Positions 9,485-24,734 of a stretch of 64,000 nt of DNA are shown here, one piece after another; within the stretch, counting starts at the first letter, position 1; every line of letters starts with the position of its first letter. The DNA comes from Chrysomallon squamiferum (taxonomy: Eukaryota > Animalia > Mollusca), in the NCBI GenBank assembly GCA_012295275.1, contig CM022666.1, forward strand, positions 10,726,001-10,790,000, read 5' to 3'. The notes under the pieces are model-generated. The model worked only from the letters and a program-made list of their open reading frames with translations, was not told the DNA's origin and searched no databases. Position numbers and translations under genes: made by a program.

Positions 9485-12400
9485 CTTTGAAAAAAAAGAA
9501 AAAAAATATATATATAATGCACACAATACACAATAATAATAATATAATTAGCAGCAGCATCAGAAATACGACAACTAGCTAAGTAACTAACTAAGTAATT
9601 AGGTTTTAACTGTTTCAATTCAGAAATTATGTAGTATTTATAATATTACTTTCATACTGGAACATTTAACTGGCGCTTTTTCTGAAAAAACAAAACAAGA
9701 AAAAACTACATTCTCTACGTCTATACCGTATATGTGTATGTATGTGTGTCAGTATATATGTATGTATGCGTGACAGAGGGGTGGGTAAGGATTGTGTGGT
9801 ATGCATAACTGTAAGTAATTCACTAATTACTATATAAAATCACTGTCCTAGGAAAAACAAGCAAGACGGGGTTTCAAAGCAGAAGGTTTTAATAATAGGT
9901 AATATCTGATATGGAAATGTTAACATATACAGCATTGTAACTCTGGCATCTCCAAGGAGGACAAACTGACCAGATTCATAAAACTGTATTTAATTAATAC
10001 AAAACATAGTAAACATTCTACACGTGTAAAGCCAGAACAATTAAAACGACAGCAACAATCAAACCAGTAATTCTGATGTTTAGAAGAAAAAAGAAAAAAA
10101 ATATATTAAACAAAAATATGATCAAAATATAGTACTAATATATAGTTCACTACAGTCAAACTTGAGAAGTTAGTTACATGCATTTAAATATTAATACTAA
10201 ATGTTATAGCTCATTAGTCATGGCTTCCGTGAGGAGTTATCATAATCATATGTTCAAGTAGAACTAACATAATATGAAACTTGTAATGCCAACTCAGTTT
10301 GATACTAAAGAAATAATCTATCGATATGAAATCATTTAAAACATTCTTGAAGTTCATTCAATCCCAAATAATATGTTTCGTCCAATCCTATGTATTAAAA
10401 GTAATTTTTAACAAAAGCAACTGACTTCAATTTGGATTTTAAGCCAACTGTTTATGTAATAATAGTGGTTCTATTGTCCTTCATTAAAACATAATAACAC
10501 CTAGCTGATACCAGATTAATGGGTGTAATTTCATGTTGATCTATTACTGGGATACGTGACATACTAATATTAATCATTCCTACTGATTATGTTAACTAGA
10601 AACAATTACATTGTATAAAAGTCTCTATAAAAATGCTTTATACATATATAAACATTTATAATAATTGAACTATAAGTCTTTTGAATACATAGATACATGA
10701 ACTTTCTGTAATTATTATTCATATTTTGGTTATAGTGAGACATAAATATAATATTGAGACGTTTATATTTAAAGAAAATAATAACAGTTATCATAAAAGC
10801 ACAATTACCAGCAGATGCAAATTAACAGTTACACATAAATATAAAACATATGCAATACTGTAAATAGTGATGTCACTACCCCACACAACCGCTGTCACCA
10901 CCGGAACAGAAATAATGAATACTGTATCAGCTGTGTTTACTGAGAAAATACTCTGGGTATCAGTCATGTTTATTTTTAAATCTGTTTCCCTTTTCAAAAC
11001 TAATACAGATCAGTTAATTGTTATAAACTGTAACATCTGTTACTTAAAGTTACGCCAAGACATTTAATTAATTGTGCCCTAGCATATTCAAAATAAATGA
11101 AAGTCCACAAGAAAAATTAGGCAGTAATATCTTAATTATACTTTTTCAGTAGACATATTAAAATGAATGCAATATGCCTAAATTAATTACTGATCTCAGC
11201 TGATCTGTAGCACATATAAATGAAATCACTATTAAACAAATACAAAAATGCTCCAGTCACCAGGTTATTCAAGGTCCTGTCATGTCAGGGGCAATATCTT
11301 GCTCTCTGGGAATGTTTCCCGCAAAATCTAGGCAGGATCCTATGTGCTAGCTTTACTCCCCCCAGGTTACTTTTAGGAATTAATTAATTTAAATATATAT
11401 ATATATATATATACTGACTTTTATTGAATAGGAAACAACGGTTATTGTTTCATATTATATACATATATAAAAAAAGAAAAAAGAAAAAAGAAAACAACAA
11501 TAACAAAAAACAATATACGAATAAGTGAAAAATAAAAAACAATAAAAACATAAAATCATAAATAGGCTGATTAAAAAACTCATAGAAATTAAAACAATTT
11601 GTCTTGTTGTGGAATGGAGCGATAAGCTTTGGATGACCAGGTTTATTACTTTTTTAAAACTTACTATTATTATTATTGTTACTTGTTAGTTTGTTAATAT
11701 TATAACGATTTTTTCTGAAACAACTACAAAAAAACTACAAAAATCAAACAAAAGGTGATCGAATGTATTAAAAACATATAATTTGTAATTTCTAAAATTT
11801 TATTTTGTTACAAAAACGTGAAATGATAATGACACGGCAGAGAGGCACAACAGGAACATCAAAATTTAAATAGGTTGAAAATGGAGACATCAGGATGATA
11901 TTTCGGAAACGGGGAACCGAAGTTACCAACATAGGTCAGGGGCCAGCGTTTCATATCGTGACGACATTTAAATACTTTGCGAAGACGACGGAGACATTGT
12001 AGATACAACAGTGTGAAGTTTGAAAGAGATTAGAGACTGGAAATTATATCCATTACATCATATTAACTAAAATCTATATCGTATCTTACCAGTTTTTTCA
12101 TCGACGTTGCTCTTAAAATAAACAAATATAAAGATATATTTTCTTTATTTTCTTAATTTCCAGTGATTATTGTAACAAATAACATCAAATGTTAGTTTAA
12201 TTTAATTTAATTTTGTCTACATACTTAGTCAAGCTGCTGAATTTCAGTTTGTCGAAAGGAGGAAAAACGAAGTTAATGTTAACACTTAGAATTCACCAGC
12301 AGGAAATAAAAGTGAGCACACCCTCTTTTTTGTGTACTTGTTCGTTCGGGTTCTTCATTCCTTAGAAGGTCAATCAGTTGTGATGGTAGAACAACAGACT

Positions 12401-13276
12401 TGTTTATAATTTCTTTTCTAATCGCTGAAGCCAAATTTGTATGCAAAGCAAACAAAAATACTGCATATATTATTCAGATATCTATCCCAACTAAACAAAA
12501 TACTTTTTATCAAAAAATGGGAATTACAGAAAATAAAACCATTCCTAACAAAAATCATTTTAATGACAATAATGATCATATTATCATAGGACATAATTTG
12601 GTATATCAGTTTAAAATAATAATCATAATATTAGTAAATTTTCCCTCTGACAATATTTATAATATATGTGATCATTTTACATAATAAAATACATTATGCA
12701 TAGATAGATATACAGCAAATTCGACAAATGTTCATAAACAGTAAGTTAAAACATATTATATATACATAACTGTATTTCATATTGTGTTTTTATTTATTGT
12801 ATATTTATTTTTGTAAAATACTACATATTTATGTTTATACAACACATTTTAATTTACTGTGTATTTATCTGTGTTTTTATTTACCCTATTATAATCTTTG
12901 TAAAATATTTTTTACTATTATTATTATTATAGGTTGTAGTGGTTAATAATTATAAATGATGTTTCTTCGTTAATTTGTTGAAGAAAGTTTTAAAACATTT
13001 TACATTAAATTAAAGCACACTAATAAATATACACAAAATTCAAATATAGTTCTTGCTAAAAATTTCAAATCAGATTTAAAATATTGTACACAGATAAAGT
13101 ATACCGAAAATTAAAACATATTTTACCTAAGAAATATGCATTACATTAAAACGTTTTAAACACTGAAAAATATACAAATATATATAATTAAAATACACTG
13201 TGCGCAAATAAATACGCAGAAGATTACCAAATGCCAGTCTTTCTGAAACATTGCCATGGAGTTGAAATAATTGCGG

Positions 13277-13491
13277 TAAAAATAAAAAGCGCGGATGTGG
13301 TTGTGGTTACAATTAGTTACACAATTTCAATTCCATGGCATAAAAATAAAAAGCGCGGATGTGGTTGTGGTTACAATTAGTTACACAATTTCAATTCCAT
13401 GGCATAAAAATAAAAAGCGCGGATGTGGTTGTGGTTACAATTAGTTACACAATTTCAATTCCATGGCATAAAAATAAAAAGTGCGGATGTG
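13277..13491. repeat. 64-bp tandem repeat, ~3.3 near-perfect copies
   Basis: taaaaataaaaagcgcggatgtggttgtggttacaattagttacacaatttcaattccatggca starts at 13277, 13341, 13405, partial at 13469. Confidence 0.95.
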
Positions 13492-14460
13492 ACTGAAGTA
13501 ACAATCGGAATTCCGTGACAAACAGAGTAGGCCAAGGCCAATACGACAGCTCAGTTAGGCAGGGAACCAACCTTTTTGAATGACATTGTCTTAACGGACG
13601 AGTATGGTAAGCAATTGTCTATTCTCATTTTGACAGGATGTAATGTGCCATTAATCTGTGTCAGTAACATTTAATATATCTAAAATTTTAATGTTTTAAT
13701 CTGTCCTCCGTGCAGATTCTTATTTTGTCTTGGTTCCGCGTATGACTTTACTCGAATCATTATCCAAAAATGGCTTAAATATATGTTTTATCGATTGTAC
13801 AGTGTATTATTATCAAGTTACTTGTATATCATAATTAAATAATTAACTTGTACCTTTACTTGTGGTGTGTTTATTTCTCTAGGTGATAGATAGAATTAAT
13901 GATTTATACAGATTGCTGTCAATTTAGCGTTTATTTTCCTTGTTTGGCGGCTATTAATGAATCCTTGTTACCTAGTATGAGCCTTAATATAACATCCAAG
14001 ATGTTTAATACTGTAAGCCCCGTGACACTTACTTACAAATTAATAATATATTTTTGAAAAAATGAGAGAGAGAGAAGAAAAAAAAGAAATATAAATACGT
14101 CCCACATTAAGGCAGCTTGAATCCATTCTTTGGAACCTGTTAATGCCGATGACCAAGTAATTCTGCCATGCAAAATAAGTAAAGTTAACAGAATATTTTA
14201 AGAAATATTGAGTAAGATCATATGCATCCTAAACGTTTTCAAAATTTGATTGGCTTTACTATGAACATTCAAACCACTGAATGGCGAGATGAGGCCCCAC
14301 TACACTAAATGTTTAACGCGTTTGTTAATTGAAATCTTGCTCTACGAATCAGTTGCAGTCTTTCGAACCTAGGGGTGAAAAATAGCAAGTGGTGCATGTA
14401 CAACATGAATTTGACAAAAAAGCAATTTATTTATAATAAAAATGAAATTAATAAAATTTT

Positions 14461-14607
<147 letters not shown>

Positions 14608-16320
14608 CTTTGGAACACCTAATGGTCAAAGGTCGTTGATTGATACCTGTATGTATCCATCTATCCAAGTAACAGACAAATAAGTATCTGTAGTCTGGGA
14701 AAGATTAATCTAATATAACTTCCAGCAACAACAATCAGCGCAGATGCATGTAGGTTAGCATGTCTGAATCATATATTTACCGATTCGGGATAAGGCGCAT
14801 GTATGAGTCCACATTTCTTGAACAATTTGCAAAATTTCACGGCGGCCACAAGAATGTCTTCTTCGTTCTTTGCTCGCCATCGGGAGCTTCTAAAATTGTA
14901 TCTTTGTGTAAACTGTCCAAGTGATACTTTCTAATCTGAGTAAATTGTAAGTGTGTGTGTGTGTGTTTTGCATCTGTTGTCGGAGTGGTGAACAAAATTA
15001 ATCGTTAATCAGGAATGTTTGAAACCCTGGATTTATTCAAACTGCAGCTATATGCTTGTCTCAAAAAATCGATATCTTATATAACATTAATACATTAATA
15101 TTTATACACTGTTAATTTGGAAATAATAGAGTATTATTCAATCAGAGTGAAGTGTCAACAGTAATATTTTTTTCCTCTGAACAATTTGCAATTCTGTATG
15201 TATAGTGAGTGGACAAAATTAAACTAAAATAATACCTTTGATGTTACAGTAACTACTAAAACTTAATAAAATAAAGTTTATTTAAAACTTTATGTTTATT
15301 TTAAGTGTTCAGCTTTGTCTTTTGGGATTATTTTTTTTCCACATTGTTGCTATGTTTGGCAATCAGAATATTATATTGACTGTTTGTATCTTATGGAGAT
15401 GAGAGTAAATGCATGGCCATTTTGTAATGATTATTTTAAAAAATGTCATGTTTTGAAAAGACACTGCTATATTTAAAATAAACTCGTTGACAAAACCATA
15501 TATAATGCGCAATTTCATTGGTTTAATATAGGCCATGTCAGAATTGCTGGCCAATCTCGGATTGCTGGCCAATCTCAAGAAACTATGGTAACTGGAAAAA
15601 TAAAAATAATAAAAATAACATAAAATTAAATTAAATAAAATTAAATAAAAAATAAAAATAATAAAGTAGAAGTAAAAATAGATGAACACACTTCAATTCT
15701 AATACCTGCATGAACTGTAGACAGAACGTTTAGTTTTATTTGTATAAAATATTACTAAAGTCTGTTGTAGCAAAAGATTTGTAGTATTTACAGAGTCATC
15801 TGAATTTGCTCTATGGATCGTTAACAAACCACTATCGCTTCGTGTTAGGTCATTTGATTGGATATTTATTTATTTATTATTTTATAAAACTTCAGTTACG
15901 CAGTTTATATATCATGTTATCAGCATAAATGTCATATAATTATGGCTTAATTTTAATTTGGGGATTTTCAGTTTTCTTTTCTGTCTTTATTTTCTTTTTC
16001 TTTGTTTATTATTACTTTCTTTTTTAATAGTGTTTTGGAGATTTGTACTAAAGTGTGAAATATTGTGAAAGATTAGTATGAAAGATTTGTACTGAAGTGC
16101 GAAAAAGCATTTTTACAGTATTGTCAAATTTTTGGGGGGATTTTTAAAATTTATTTTATCTTATTTTAAATTTTAGGTGCATGTCAAATTGACAAACTAG
16201 ATACCCTGAATTAAAGCCATTGTATTACTTTCTAGAAAGTTGTGACGTCATTTATTGACGTGAACACAACCCATTACTCTGAAAATGTTTTGAAAAAAAA
16301 TACAAAAATAAGAAGCAAGA

Positions 16321-19300
16321 ATGGATTCAGTATTTGTTTTTATAATCTGCTTTAGTCTTCTTCAGTTTCACAGAACTGCAGAAACGAAAAAAAAATTTAC
16401 GTTTCAAGAAAAGGTGGACATTGTTAAGAAACATAATGAATTCCGAAGCCAGATTAAAGCAGCCGACATGGAAAAAATGGTGAAATACATTATCTTTTAC
16501 ACATCATAACATATTAGAATATGAATAAATAATAAATGTGTTCAATAACCACAACGATTACGGTGACAACAACAACAACAACACGAAGAAGAACAATACT
16601 ATTAGTATTAGTAGCAATAGTTATTGTGGTATTGCTAGTAGTCGTGATTGTGATAACAACAGTGAATTGGTATTAGTCTATTCAGTGGGAATTTGGAAAA
16701 AAAACCCAACTGCAACAGCATTAATATAAGTAATTATAAAATATAACAGTAAGAAAAATAGTAATAATTACAACAACCAGCATAATAATAATAATAATAG
16801 TATTACTACAGCCACTCCAAAAACAACTGCCATAAATATTAACAATATAAATTACAATGCATGATTCGATAGTGTACTGTTTATTGTTCCCAATAATTCT
16901 TTTGCTTTCATTTCTCGTTTTAGTCCTGGGATTACGAGTTGGAAAAGGTAGCTCAGAAATGGGCCAGTAATTGTAAATTCGAACACAACAGCAACCGAAA
17001 TTCTGAACAAAAAACCTACACTTATGTAGGGGAGAATTTATATTACACTACAGGTATGTTTTTTAAAACTGTAATACACAGAACATTTAATTCAGCTATT
17101 TATATAGAACATAGTTTGTCAAACTTAAGGTAATGATTAAAAACAAAAGAATGAACAATAAGACACAAAACAAATTTAAAATAATATATATATATATATA
17201 TCGAAGAGAAAAAAACTCACAAACTTCCCCTAAACAAAACGTCTATTAATAACTAAACCAACATCACAAAAACAAAACAATATAAATGGTTAATAATAAA
17301 AAATAAATAAATAACTGAATGAATGAATAAATACAGAAATAAAAAAATATTAATATTACCATTTATTATTTTATATATACCTTTGAAATGACGAATGTAT
17401 AATATAGCAAATGTTTAATATATCAAGCGAGTAATATAGCACACGTTTAATATATGAGATGTATAATGTAACAAATGTTTTGTGTGACAAGTATTTAATG
17501 TATCACACGTAATACTACAAATGATTAATTCAGCAAATGTATAATGTAACAAATGTTTGGTATGACAGACGTGTAATGTAACACATGTTTGGTATGACAG
17601 ACATACAATGTAACAAATGTTTGGTATATCAGACGTATAATGTAACAAATGTTGGTATGACAGACGTGTAATGTAACAAATGTTTGGTATGTCAGACGTA
17701 TAATGTAACACGTTTGGTATGACAGACGTGTAATGTAACAAATGTTTGGTATGACAAATATATAATATAATAAATATAAGGACACAGTTTGATATAAAAA
17801 ATGTTTCAGGCTCAGTATCGGGCTCGGAGTTCGTCAAGTCTTGGTATGACGAGGTGAACGATTACACCTATTCCGACAACTCGTGTAATGAGGGCAAACA
17901 GTGTGGTCACTTTACACAGGTGAGTTATTAACATTTCCCAAGAGATCAATTTTAAAGCAGGTATGTATGTGTGTATGTATGTATGTATGTATGTATATAT
18001 GTATGTATGTAATCATTCCAGATTTAACTGAACGTGTAATAGTCTTTCTTACAAATATAACCAGAGACAGTTTTTGTTCTGCCGCTGGTATTTTTCAGTT
18101 TGATATTTAACTTGTATAAGAAAACCTAACACATATAAATGTAATTACTAAACTTTTGTATTTTGTCTTTATTATCATATTCGTTTTCATTATTAATTAT
18201 TTTATTGTTTCTTTTGTTATTATTGTTGTTGTTATTGTTTTTATTATTTTTATTATTATTATTATTATTGCTTTTAATGCAATTCTGTTGTACTGTTATT
18301 GTTGTTATTATTGTTGTTGTTATTGATATAATTTTTCTTTCCATCTTCTGAATATTAATATAGGATGTAGCTGTAGTTAGTTTAAATACATTTTTTATAT
18401 TTTGTACATAGGTTGTATGGCATGACACCACGGCTGTAGGCTGTGGAATCTCATTTTGTGAAGCCGATCCAGATAGCGGTGATGATCCATTTACCTTAGT
18501 TGTGTGTGACTATGGTCCAGCGTACGTCATATAATAATAACAATAACAATAATAATAAAAATAAAAATAATGATGATGATGATGATGATGGTGACGATGA
18601 TGGTGATGATGATATAATGACGATGATGATGATGATGATGATGATGATAATGGTGACAATAGCAGCAATAATTATAATAATGATGACGATTGTTATTATT
18701 GTTACAATGTTAATAATGATACTGACAATTGTATTGGTTATGTTCTTTATGATTATAATGATGATTATTATGATGATAATGACAAATATAATTATGCTAA
18801 AAATGTTAATAATAATAATTAAATCATATGAGAATAAATAGTTGCCTCACTTGTAATTATTACAAAATATTCCATAATAAAAAATATTTTCCACACAGAG
18901 GAAACTTTGTGGGTCATAAGCCATATAAGGAAGGACAGCCATGTTCTGAATGTCCCGAGAAGAAACCCGTTTGTGAAAACGATCTCTGTTGTAAGTATGT
19001 AATAAACAGTCTGCAGATTAATAGCAATTCTTCTGCTTGTTTTTAATATATGATTCTACATACATGTTTTAATAAAATTCTTTCTTTTGTCTTAACGCAT
19101 GACTTCACGTATTTAATATTTAATTCATATACATTCTAATTTTAGTTAAATACTTTTTTTTAAATAAATAAACTATAGAGGCTATTTTGTCCCAATGTAT
19201 TTCGGATCAGAAAAATGTATAATTAAACTTAAAATGTAAGATTTTATTTCTGACAGCGGCTAAAGCTTGTGCAGAAATGAAGTGTAGAAACGGCGGCAAA

Positions 19301-19447
19301 CTCAACATAGAAACGTGCATGTGTGACTGCACTTCAACTAAATTTAAAGGAAACATTTGTCAATCTCCAGTATCAGGTGGAAACCGCATTTCAGGACATG
19401 CTCTCCAGGCACTGATATTTGTGGCTTTCTTCATAGCACGCTATTAA
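16321..19447 (+). CDS. CAP-2: CAP/SCP protein with hinge, EGF-like module and putative GPI signal, 263 aa, 6 exons
   Basis: Exons 16321-16479, 16924-17053, 17810-17919, 18412-18521, 18899-18990, 19257-19447; GT..AG, identical exon lengths to CAP-1; canonical CAP signature [27 protein letters not shown]; tail [24 protein letters not shown]. Confidence 0.95.
17530..17756. repeat. Short (~7 unit) version of the 30-32 bp minisatellite in CAP-2 intron 2
   Basis: Same unit and same position (just upstream of exon 3) as 4130-5562. Confidence 0.93.
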
Positions 19448-22400
19448 AAGAACGAAATTCTATGTCACCTGGGTATTGATTATTTCCAAGTAGTACCTGC
19501 ATTGATGTACGATGATCTAGGATGACTACTTATCACTTGGCTATTTATATTTTTGATTTAATCTAATGATTACACTATCTGTCTCACTGTCTCTCTCTGA
19601 ACGTTTTAAGAGTTTATGTTTGGATGCTGGTGTCTGACAGGGTCTGTGTACGTCTCTGAGAATGTTTTGTAAACGTGTGCCTTTGACTGTAAACTGATCA
19701 ACAAAATGAACATATGACTGTCTAAAACTATTAAGTAATAAATAAAATAATTGAAAACATTTAAAAGTATTCAACGTCTTGTTGTACTATAAAATATCAG
19801 TTAAAGAAGATAATGAAAGAAAAGGAAATAGCACTTGCTGCCATACACACATACACATACATATGCACACATATATACACACATACATACATACACACAT
19901 ACACACATACACACATACACACACATACATACATACATATATGCACACACATATACACACATATATACATACACACATACATACACATATATGCATATAC
20001 ACTTACACATACATGCATATATACATATACAGACATATATTTTAGTAAATACTTATTTTAACTTATTTTATTTTATTTATGAATAAAAACAAACATTAAA
20101 ATAAATTTATTTATCTGTTCTAATAACTCGGTGTCAAGAAATTCAGTTTTACTTCAGTAACAGATATAGATTTCTACAGATATTAAAGATAATAAAAAAA
20201 TGAATTAATTAATTAAAAAAAAAAGAAGAAAATAAGAAGCAAAATGTAAGTAGTATTCTTAATTGGATGTGATATACAATAATAATAATAATAACAGTAG
20301 AAATAGTAAAGAAATAGTTTGTGTATATGTATGTTTTTCTTTTTGTTTTTCTTTCTTTTTTTCTTCCTTCCTTTCTTTCTTTCTGTCTTTGTTTCTTTAT
20401 TTCTTTATTTTACTTATTTCAGCTTGTTCACAAATCAAGAAACAGGAGACACAGTCTGAACGGCTCTGTCTTATCAGTCAGGTTCAGAGGGTGTGATCAC
20501 ATAAAATTTTACTTTTTAATTAACTTAGACTTATTGAATACAGGTAATTTATACCTGTAATTTATACTTGAATGTGTACCTATTATTTACATCTGCTGGA
20601 AGAGTCAACAGTATCATGCGTTACTCTATATCTACATATAACACTACAGTACAGTACAAGCGTGATACTGTAATGTTATATATATATATATATATATATA
20701 TTTAGCATTTGTATGGAGATATGAAAAAATATTATAAGAAAAAATTAGTAATAAATAATTTAATAGAAAAAGTTAAGCTGTCAACGTGAGAAGTTATTTC
20801 GGAAAGTTGAACTGGATTTTGACTTACTCAAAGACGTCAGGCTGAAGCTGTTCTGTAACAAGATTCTCTATTATAATATTTCGTTCGTTGCATTCATAGA
20901 ACTGCTCATATATCTTTTATCACGCCCTTTCTCTATAGAACCTTTTTTCTTCATTTTTTCTCTCATATTTTCAATTTATATTTTCCTGACGCGAGTACAC
21001 TGAGGCTTGTGAAATGGTAATCCTGTATTAAGTTATTTCACACACTGATTATTTCATTACTTTGACATGAAACAGTTTCAAAGATGTCAGTTTAGACATG
21101 AAAATGAAAAGAGAGAGTTGCAGTTACTTATATCAGATCGTTTCTTGTTCTGAAAAAACACTTCTTTTTTTGATGCATCAGTAATAAAATAATGCAATAA
21201 CACCAGAATAAGAGATAGCATGGTTATGTTTCGTCCATCAACCTTCCCAGTCAAACTATCCATGACTATCTAATTCATAACTTATAGATCATCCATTACC
21301 AGTTTATTATTTATTCATCATCCATAATAGTTTATCATTTATTAATTATCTGTCATTCAGCTATTTATCATCCATTTGCCATCCAATCCCTCCCTCCGTT
21401 CATCATTATACATACATCATCATAGTTCATCCTCTGACTACATGTCAGTTTTTATGTTCGTAATAACTCAGCTATTATTCTAAGGCAGCTGTATTTTAAA
21501 AACTCACTCATCCAGTGTAGAAAATTAATACTTTTATTTTATAAAGAATTCGGAGATTTTCTCTGGAACATTGAACGACAAAGAATCAGTCAGCCTTTCA
21601 ACGAACAGCAATAACCAGCACACAATGAAACACTGAACCGAAAATCTCGCACAATAGATCTGGATATTCTGTATCTGAAAACATTTCTATGTTCAGGGAA
21701 ACTGAATAAATCGAATTGTAATTTTCTGTTAAATAGAAATTGTCCTTCAATGGCTTTTTGTAAAATCACTGCGGGATAAAAGTATCATGAATTATTTATT
21801 ATAAAACGATGTTAATTTTTTTCCGTGATAGACAGATAGTTCGTCATTGCATATTTAGCATATTTTTATTTGTATATATTGACCGTAGACGACTTTCTCA
21901 ATATGTTTCATTTTCTTTTTTTTCTTCTTTTTTCTTTCTTTCATCTTTCTCCTCAATTTTATCTTTCTTGTTACTTAGCTCATTCACATAGAGTAGTCAC
22001 ATCTAACGCAGGTACACCTAACACTATTTCTATCCACCTATCCACTTTCTTTCAAACTGTCACCACTTTATTTTTTCTCCGCGTAAACAACACTTTTATA
22101 AAACGTGACACAAGGAACTGTCGTCAGGTGATTCAAGTACATGTAATTACGTACAAAATGATACGTTCAGAAAACGAACAAAAGGTGTATTGACGGTTAG
22201 GATAAAACCTAAATACGACAATCTTTTATTTGTTAAAAATTCTGTGCAGGTTTATGTTGGCTTGATGGTTAATTTTACGGTCAGTGGGCAATTTTCATTT
22301 GTTTGTCAATAGATGGCGTCACGGAGTCTGTCATCCCATGCGTTCTCTGTAATCTGCGTTACTTCGACTAAACACCCAAGCAGTTTCTTAACCTCGTCGC

Positions 22401-22762
22401 CCACATTTCCAAGACAGATGACATTTATGTTTATGACTGTGTTCTCTCATTCTATATATGTATGTCTATGTATACTGAATGTATCTTTCAAAATGTTCTA
22501 TGTTGTTTAATAAATTAGACATTTAATATTTATTTCACTATACACAGGACAGCACATACCACGTTCTTTCATGAACCAGCGATGGATGATCGACAGATGT
22601 GCCATGTAAACAGAAAAAAAAAACACCTTAAATATTTTGCGTTCTTGTTATTCAAGTTACAAAATCTACTGTAACAAAATCATGGTGAGTTCTGTTTTTT
22701 TAGAAAGCATAAATGCAATACGTGTGTGTATGTCTGTGTGTGTTTATATATATATATATATA

Positions 22763-22766
<4 letters not shown>

Positions 22767-22859
<93 letters not shown>
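22767..22859. repeat. (AG)n microsatellite
   Basis: Seen directly. Confidence 0.98.
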
Positions 22860-22861
<2 letters not shown>

Positions 22862-23471
22862 CAAGTACAGAAGGAGACGGAGTAAGCAAAAACACAAAAA
22901 TACTGAAGAAAAAAAGCTTCCTTGACTTATTAAAGATTAATAATAAGATCATAATAAACAAATACTAAAATATTTTAACAAAATACATGGATCATTAATA
23001 GTTTATTTGCTCTGCAAAATTTAAAATAAATTCATACAAGTGAAAATATCTGACATTAATATGATAGTTTACACAAGTAATTATAGGCAAAACTATTACG
23101 TAACTCACCTACAGTAATTACGTCATACTATTCAAAATATCTGATTCTGTTATTGACTTTCATCACAGTATCAACCAAACTGTTACATTTTACAAACAAA
23201 CAGCGGACTACGTCATCTTAAACATTTCATATCTCAGTAGCTGTAGTTTTAATATTAGTCACAGTAATAGTATTAGTAGTTATGCTAGTACTAGTTATAG
23301 GAATAACAGTAGCAGTGGAGTAGTATTAATGTTATCAGTACTAATAGAAATAGTTAAATATATTAAGAAGAGAACAAAATAATCAGTTATAAATTCGATT
23401 AACACATAAATTTGATGAATAACAACGACAAACTAACTAATATAGTTGAAAAGTCACACAATGTGAAAACG

Positions 23472-24687
23472 TCACAGTAGGCAGAGGTAGACGACTCCTA
23501 TCACAGACAGAAGCATGTTTCCTGCTATGTGTTTGCTTCCACTTCCAACTTCGCACGTGTCTCCTCCATATTCAGTGCCGGAGCAGTCACACATACACAC
23601 GTCTTCGCTCAGCTTACCGCCATGCTTACAGGTCCTTCCTGCACATTGTCCCGCACCTGTTGAGAATACGAAATAATTGTTTATATATAATTCATTCTGT
23701 ATTCAAATATACACATATATCATGCCTACGTTAGTACATTTTTAAATTATCAGCGATAGATCACTTACGTCAGCCTTGTAAAAAAGCCAAGATGAAATAA
23801 AGTATTTAAAAAAAAAAAATATGTACAAACAAGCACCATGCTTTTTAAAGATCTGTTATCTGCAAATGATACTTACTGCACATGTTGTTCTCACAGACGG
23901 TTTTGTTCCTGGGACAGTCCGAGCACGATTTCCCCTCTTTGTATGGCTTTTGTCCTCTTATGTTTCCACTGAAAATGTTATTTTAACAAACTGTCATAAA
24001 CAGTAGACGATAACAGAAGACACAGACAGACAATCACACATTATTAAATTTATAGACACACATACACTATACAGACATGAGCACTTGAACAAACATATTT
24101 ACATATATATCACAGACATACATGGATAAATACACAAACATGTATGTGTATATGTATGTATGTATGTATGCATATATGTACACACACATATACATACATA
24201 TATATATGTGTGTGAATGTATGTGTGTGTGTGTGTTTGTGTGTATGTACGTATATGGATACAGACAGACAGACGGCCAGGTATTTTGAAATAGATATAAT
24301 CTTGCACAGATATAAAGAAGTAAATGTTACATACAAAGGAGCATAGTCGCACACGACATATGTTATTTCTTTAGTATTCGTGCCTGTAGGATTAGCGCAG
24401 TATTTCACCCCGCACCCGACAGCCACTGTATTGTGCCACATGATCTGTAAAAACCAGTCAAATGTTGCATGTTTACGATTCTGAAATCTGTAACGTTTCT
24501 ATCTACTGGACGGCTTCATGACATATCTGTGGCTAACCACATCTGTATGGTAAATGTATTGTATTGTATGTATGTATGTATGTATGTATGTATGTATGTA
24601 TGTATGTATGTATGTATATATGTATGTAATCATTCTATATTTTAAATTTGTTTTTATTTCATTATTATTATTTTAATTTTTTTATTT

Positions 24688-24734
<47 letters not shown>

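Larger units (their letters stand above)
15344..20000 (+). repeat. Segmental duplication copy B (probable donor); partner of 2176..~8600
   Basis: Colinear high identity with copy A apart from indels in introns and the upstream region. Confidence 0.92.

Noticed and set aside
13277-13491. CRISPR-like 64-bp periodicity
   Set aside because: Whole 64-bp unit is repeated; no variable spacer.
24692-24730. Poly(A) run as retrocopy tail
   Set aside because: No adjacent retroelement body or TSD recognisable; mononucleotide run in an AT-rich intron.
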